From positions 1,428,726 to 1,492,725 of the forward strand of contig MU004198.1 of the NCBI GenBank assembly GCA_010093605.1: a stretch of 64,000 nt of DNA, in the 5' to 3' direction. Positions 61,592-64,000 of the stretch are shown piece after piece. Both the position numbers and the translations under genes were made by a program. Position 1 is the first letter of the stretch, and each line of letters starts with the position of its first letter. A model generated the notes under the pieces. The model made no database searches and was not told the origin of the DNA. It saw nothing but the letters and a program-made list of their open reading frames with translations. The DNA is from Lophium mytilinum. Lineage: Eukaryota.

Positions 61592-62511
61592 TCTGGTTGG
61601 AGGTTCAGGCTACGATGCTTGGTCAGTGGTGAGTTATACCGGTTGCGCCTCATCGGGCCTGGTTTCTGCCTGTTGGCGTTTGCCTGGCTTGGATACGATG
61701 GACAACATTAGCGCAGTTAGAAAATGATACCCGATTGAAATTCGACTTGAAAGCTTGTGAGATGAGTCTTGCGTTTGGTCTAGGTATTGGGGTGAAAACG
61801 AGTGTACTCCGTATGTCATAGCTTCGTCTAGTCTCTATTCTCACGTGTATCTGCATGTGTATCCTTCCTCCTTCCTGATTTACTTAACCGTATGAAAGGC
61901 TATAGGCAATGCCCTGTCAAGCTTGGCCCACTTGCATCGCCGCTTGCGCTCGATCATCTATTGACTTGAGAGGCAGCTCCGAGAGGTCGGCCTGGCTATG
62001 CTAGCCAATTAGGAGATTGGAATGGAAGGGGGGCAGGAGGACCGGGGGTGTTGTTTACTAAAAGGGGGCTTTTGCGGCTCCCGAAAAGGTCGTGCCCAAC
62101 TACCAGGTCCCTAGTTGTTTTGAATACGCTTCTAGTATTCGTTTTCAACGGCAAAATGTCTCTCAATGTCGTTGCCTGTCTACACTTTACCTATGTGTAA
62201 GGATGCTGGCCTCATTGCAAAGAAATCATCGGCATATTGCGTCGTCGGTGTGCTACGCAGATGGCGAAGGAGGACTATCGCCGCACTCAATGCCTCTCAC
62301 ATGATTCTTCGGTTCTTCAGGTAGACAAATCACTTTTAGGGCAAAGTTGTTTTATGCGTATTGAAGGGTATGGTTGGCTTTGTGATAATAAAAGCACATC
62401 AGCAGGCCTAAAAGTATTTACGTATACGAACAATATAGTAATGCTTACCACCGACATCTATATCCCATGCAATGAGAATGAATCCAGAACTTCTCGAACC
62501 TAAGCGACAAT

Positions 62512-63654
62512 CTAGGGAAGGCTCTTGAGCAGCGGGAGAGCATAGAGCGCCATCAGCCAGACGGCCCAGAGCGTGTATGTCTTCCGATCTTGCTTCGTGT
62601 CGCGTAGGAAGATGATTCGATAGGCTACGATTGAGCCTGGAACGCAGATCTCGGTGTAGCCGATGAAGCCTGAATTCCAGAACCAAGCTGCGGCGAGTGA
62701 GAAGAACAATACTGGCACCGCGATGGACCAGCGTGCGATGTTCTCTCCGAAGACGATTGGGAGGGTTCGCCGATCCCTGGCGCGGTCGCCCTCGAGGTCG
62801 CGGAGATCTTGTGAGTGCATGGTGATGAGGACTGCGGAAGATACGAGAGCGATCCACTTCATGGCAGTCGGTGTCAAGAGTTCGCTTGCGTCTGATGTGA
62901 AGTAAGATGCACGGGCGGTACCAGATGCCAATCGAAGCGATCCCGCGTTGTAGACTCCGTTGCCCGCGGTAGCAATGAGGAAGTTCTTCCAGAAGAAGTT
63001 GTCGCCCAAGTGAAGGTCGTTGTACAGATACATTACGACGTACATGATCGCCATCTCCTCCCACGCTCCGAGGAGGAAGTAGTTGAAGAGAAGTACGGAG
63101 GGAACTCCGATTACCATGCAAAGTCCTGTTTGGGAAGAAGTGATTCGGCCTGCGGGGATGGGTCGATGTGGCTTGTTGATCGTATCCTCGAGGACGCTAT
63201 CAGGAGAGCGTTGGTTGGAGCAGTTGAAGAAGACGCAGAACAGCCAGGCCCATAGTGCAACCGTAGGAACTCGTAGGAGGAGGGTCGGGATCGAGACCGG
63301 AGCGGAAATCAGAGAGCTCCCAGAAAGCGTGCTGAGCGTACCGAAGAGCGTGCATGGGACCACGTAGGTCGGGATGTCGCTTTTCGAGAAGAGATACAAC
63401 GTCTTGAGGAAGTAAAGCGCAGCTTTAGCAGTCTGTAAAACGATGTTAGGCCGATGGCTCATCGTATTTTCCAGCTCAATGTTTGTCCCAACATCCTCGG
63501 AGCTACTTACCTTTGGAGCCAAACCAATCGCCAGGGTCGATGTATCGATTGCAGTCAGCTTCAATTCCAGCTTAGTCCTGCTTTCCCCCTGGCAGAGAGT
63601 CATTGAGCCTTCTTGAAGGCGGGAAGATGTTGACGAAGCCTGTGGTTTCGACAT
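62512..63654 (-). CDS. UbiA-superfamily membrane prenyltransferase / probable UbiA-type terpene cyclase
   Basis: NQRSPDSVLEDTINKPHRPIPAGRI, YNDL and QDLRDLEGDRARDRRTLP with multiple TM segments. Probable in-frame 78-nt intron 63433-63510 (GTAAGT..CTAAC..CAG); start uncertain. Confidence 0.85.
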   Translation of the reverse strand: MSKPQASSTSSRLQEGSMTLCQGESRTKLELKLTAIDTSTLAIGLAPKVSSSEDVGTNIELENTMSHRPNIVLQTAKAALYFLKTLYLFSKSDIPTYVVPCTLFGTLSTLSGSSLISAPVSIPTLLLRVPTVALWAWLFCVFFNCSNQRSPDSVLEDTINKPHRPIPAGRITSSQTGLCMVIGVPSVLLFNYFLLGAWEEMAIMYVVMYLYNDLHLGDNFFWKNFLIATAGNGVYNAGSLRLASGTARASYFTSDASELLTPTAMKWIALVSSAVLITMHSQDLRDLEGDRARDRRTLPIVFGENIARWSIAVPVLFFSLAAAWFWNSGFIGYTEICVPGSIVAYRIIFLRDTKQDRKTYTLWAVWLMALYALPLLKSLP

Positions 63655-64000
63655 GATAGGCGAACCTGGAATCCGCAGAAAGTTATTCAAGGCGGTATTG
63701 GTGTGTGGGTTGTGGTGTATGGTGTGGTGTATCTGCTGCTGCGAAAATGAGAGGCGCGAGACGAAAGTGTGAACGTCCCAATCTTGTGTCAACAAAGCAA
63801 AGGGGAAGGTTAAGTGAGAAGTCCAGAGCAGCCTTCTCGACAAAATATATATACCGCGGCTCGGCATCATTGGAGATCCCTCCGGTGTCTTACAATTTAC
63901 CCTGTGAAGGAGGATACAAGGTATTGTGCTATCAGGGGTACATTGTATGCGTGGGCAGTGCACCTAGGCATTCCAAATCTGAGAGACACCATTCACAGCC

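Noticed and set aside
57489..63654. ADH + SET + UbiA genes as a biosynthetic gene cluster
   Set aside because: No P450, transporter or regulator within the window, so linkage is unsupported.

Overview
Eukaryotic nuclear DNA from a filamentous ascomycete, inferred from short GT-AG introns with CTRAC/CTAAC branch sites and the gene content; the exact taxon cannot be determined. About 24 protein-coding genes are supported: a caspase-fold protein, SAM methyltransferase, Irc6/p34, SmD3, Gep4, NCS1 permease, sulfotransferase-like P-loop protein, unknown 499-aa protein, Pus4, RFTS/C2H2 Raf2/DIM-7-like protein, alpha/beta hydrolase, two SET proteins, Nhp2, C2H2 transcription factor, Cdc25 Ras-GEF, GH16, F-box-like protein, Kre1-like protein, Ldb19/Art1 arrestin, glutaminase A, a Ser/Thr kinase, Vac8, a Zn alcohol dehydrogenase and a UbiA-type prenyltransferase/terpene cyclase. 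No rRNA, tRNA, CRISPR array or transposase was seen. The most unusual signal is non-coding: a ~14-20 bp motif (consensus ~GCCRCCGTCTGRAG) occurs about 20 times at four loci, often as inverted pairs spanning ~65-100 bp. It lies inside a 416-bp MITE-like element with 29-bp terminal inverted repeats and in arrays on both sides of the GH16 gene. Also noted: a multi-hairpin element near 40.8 kb, two adjacent genes with apparent frameshifts, and several degenerate minisatellites. All alignments and gene models were made by eye.
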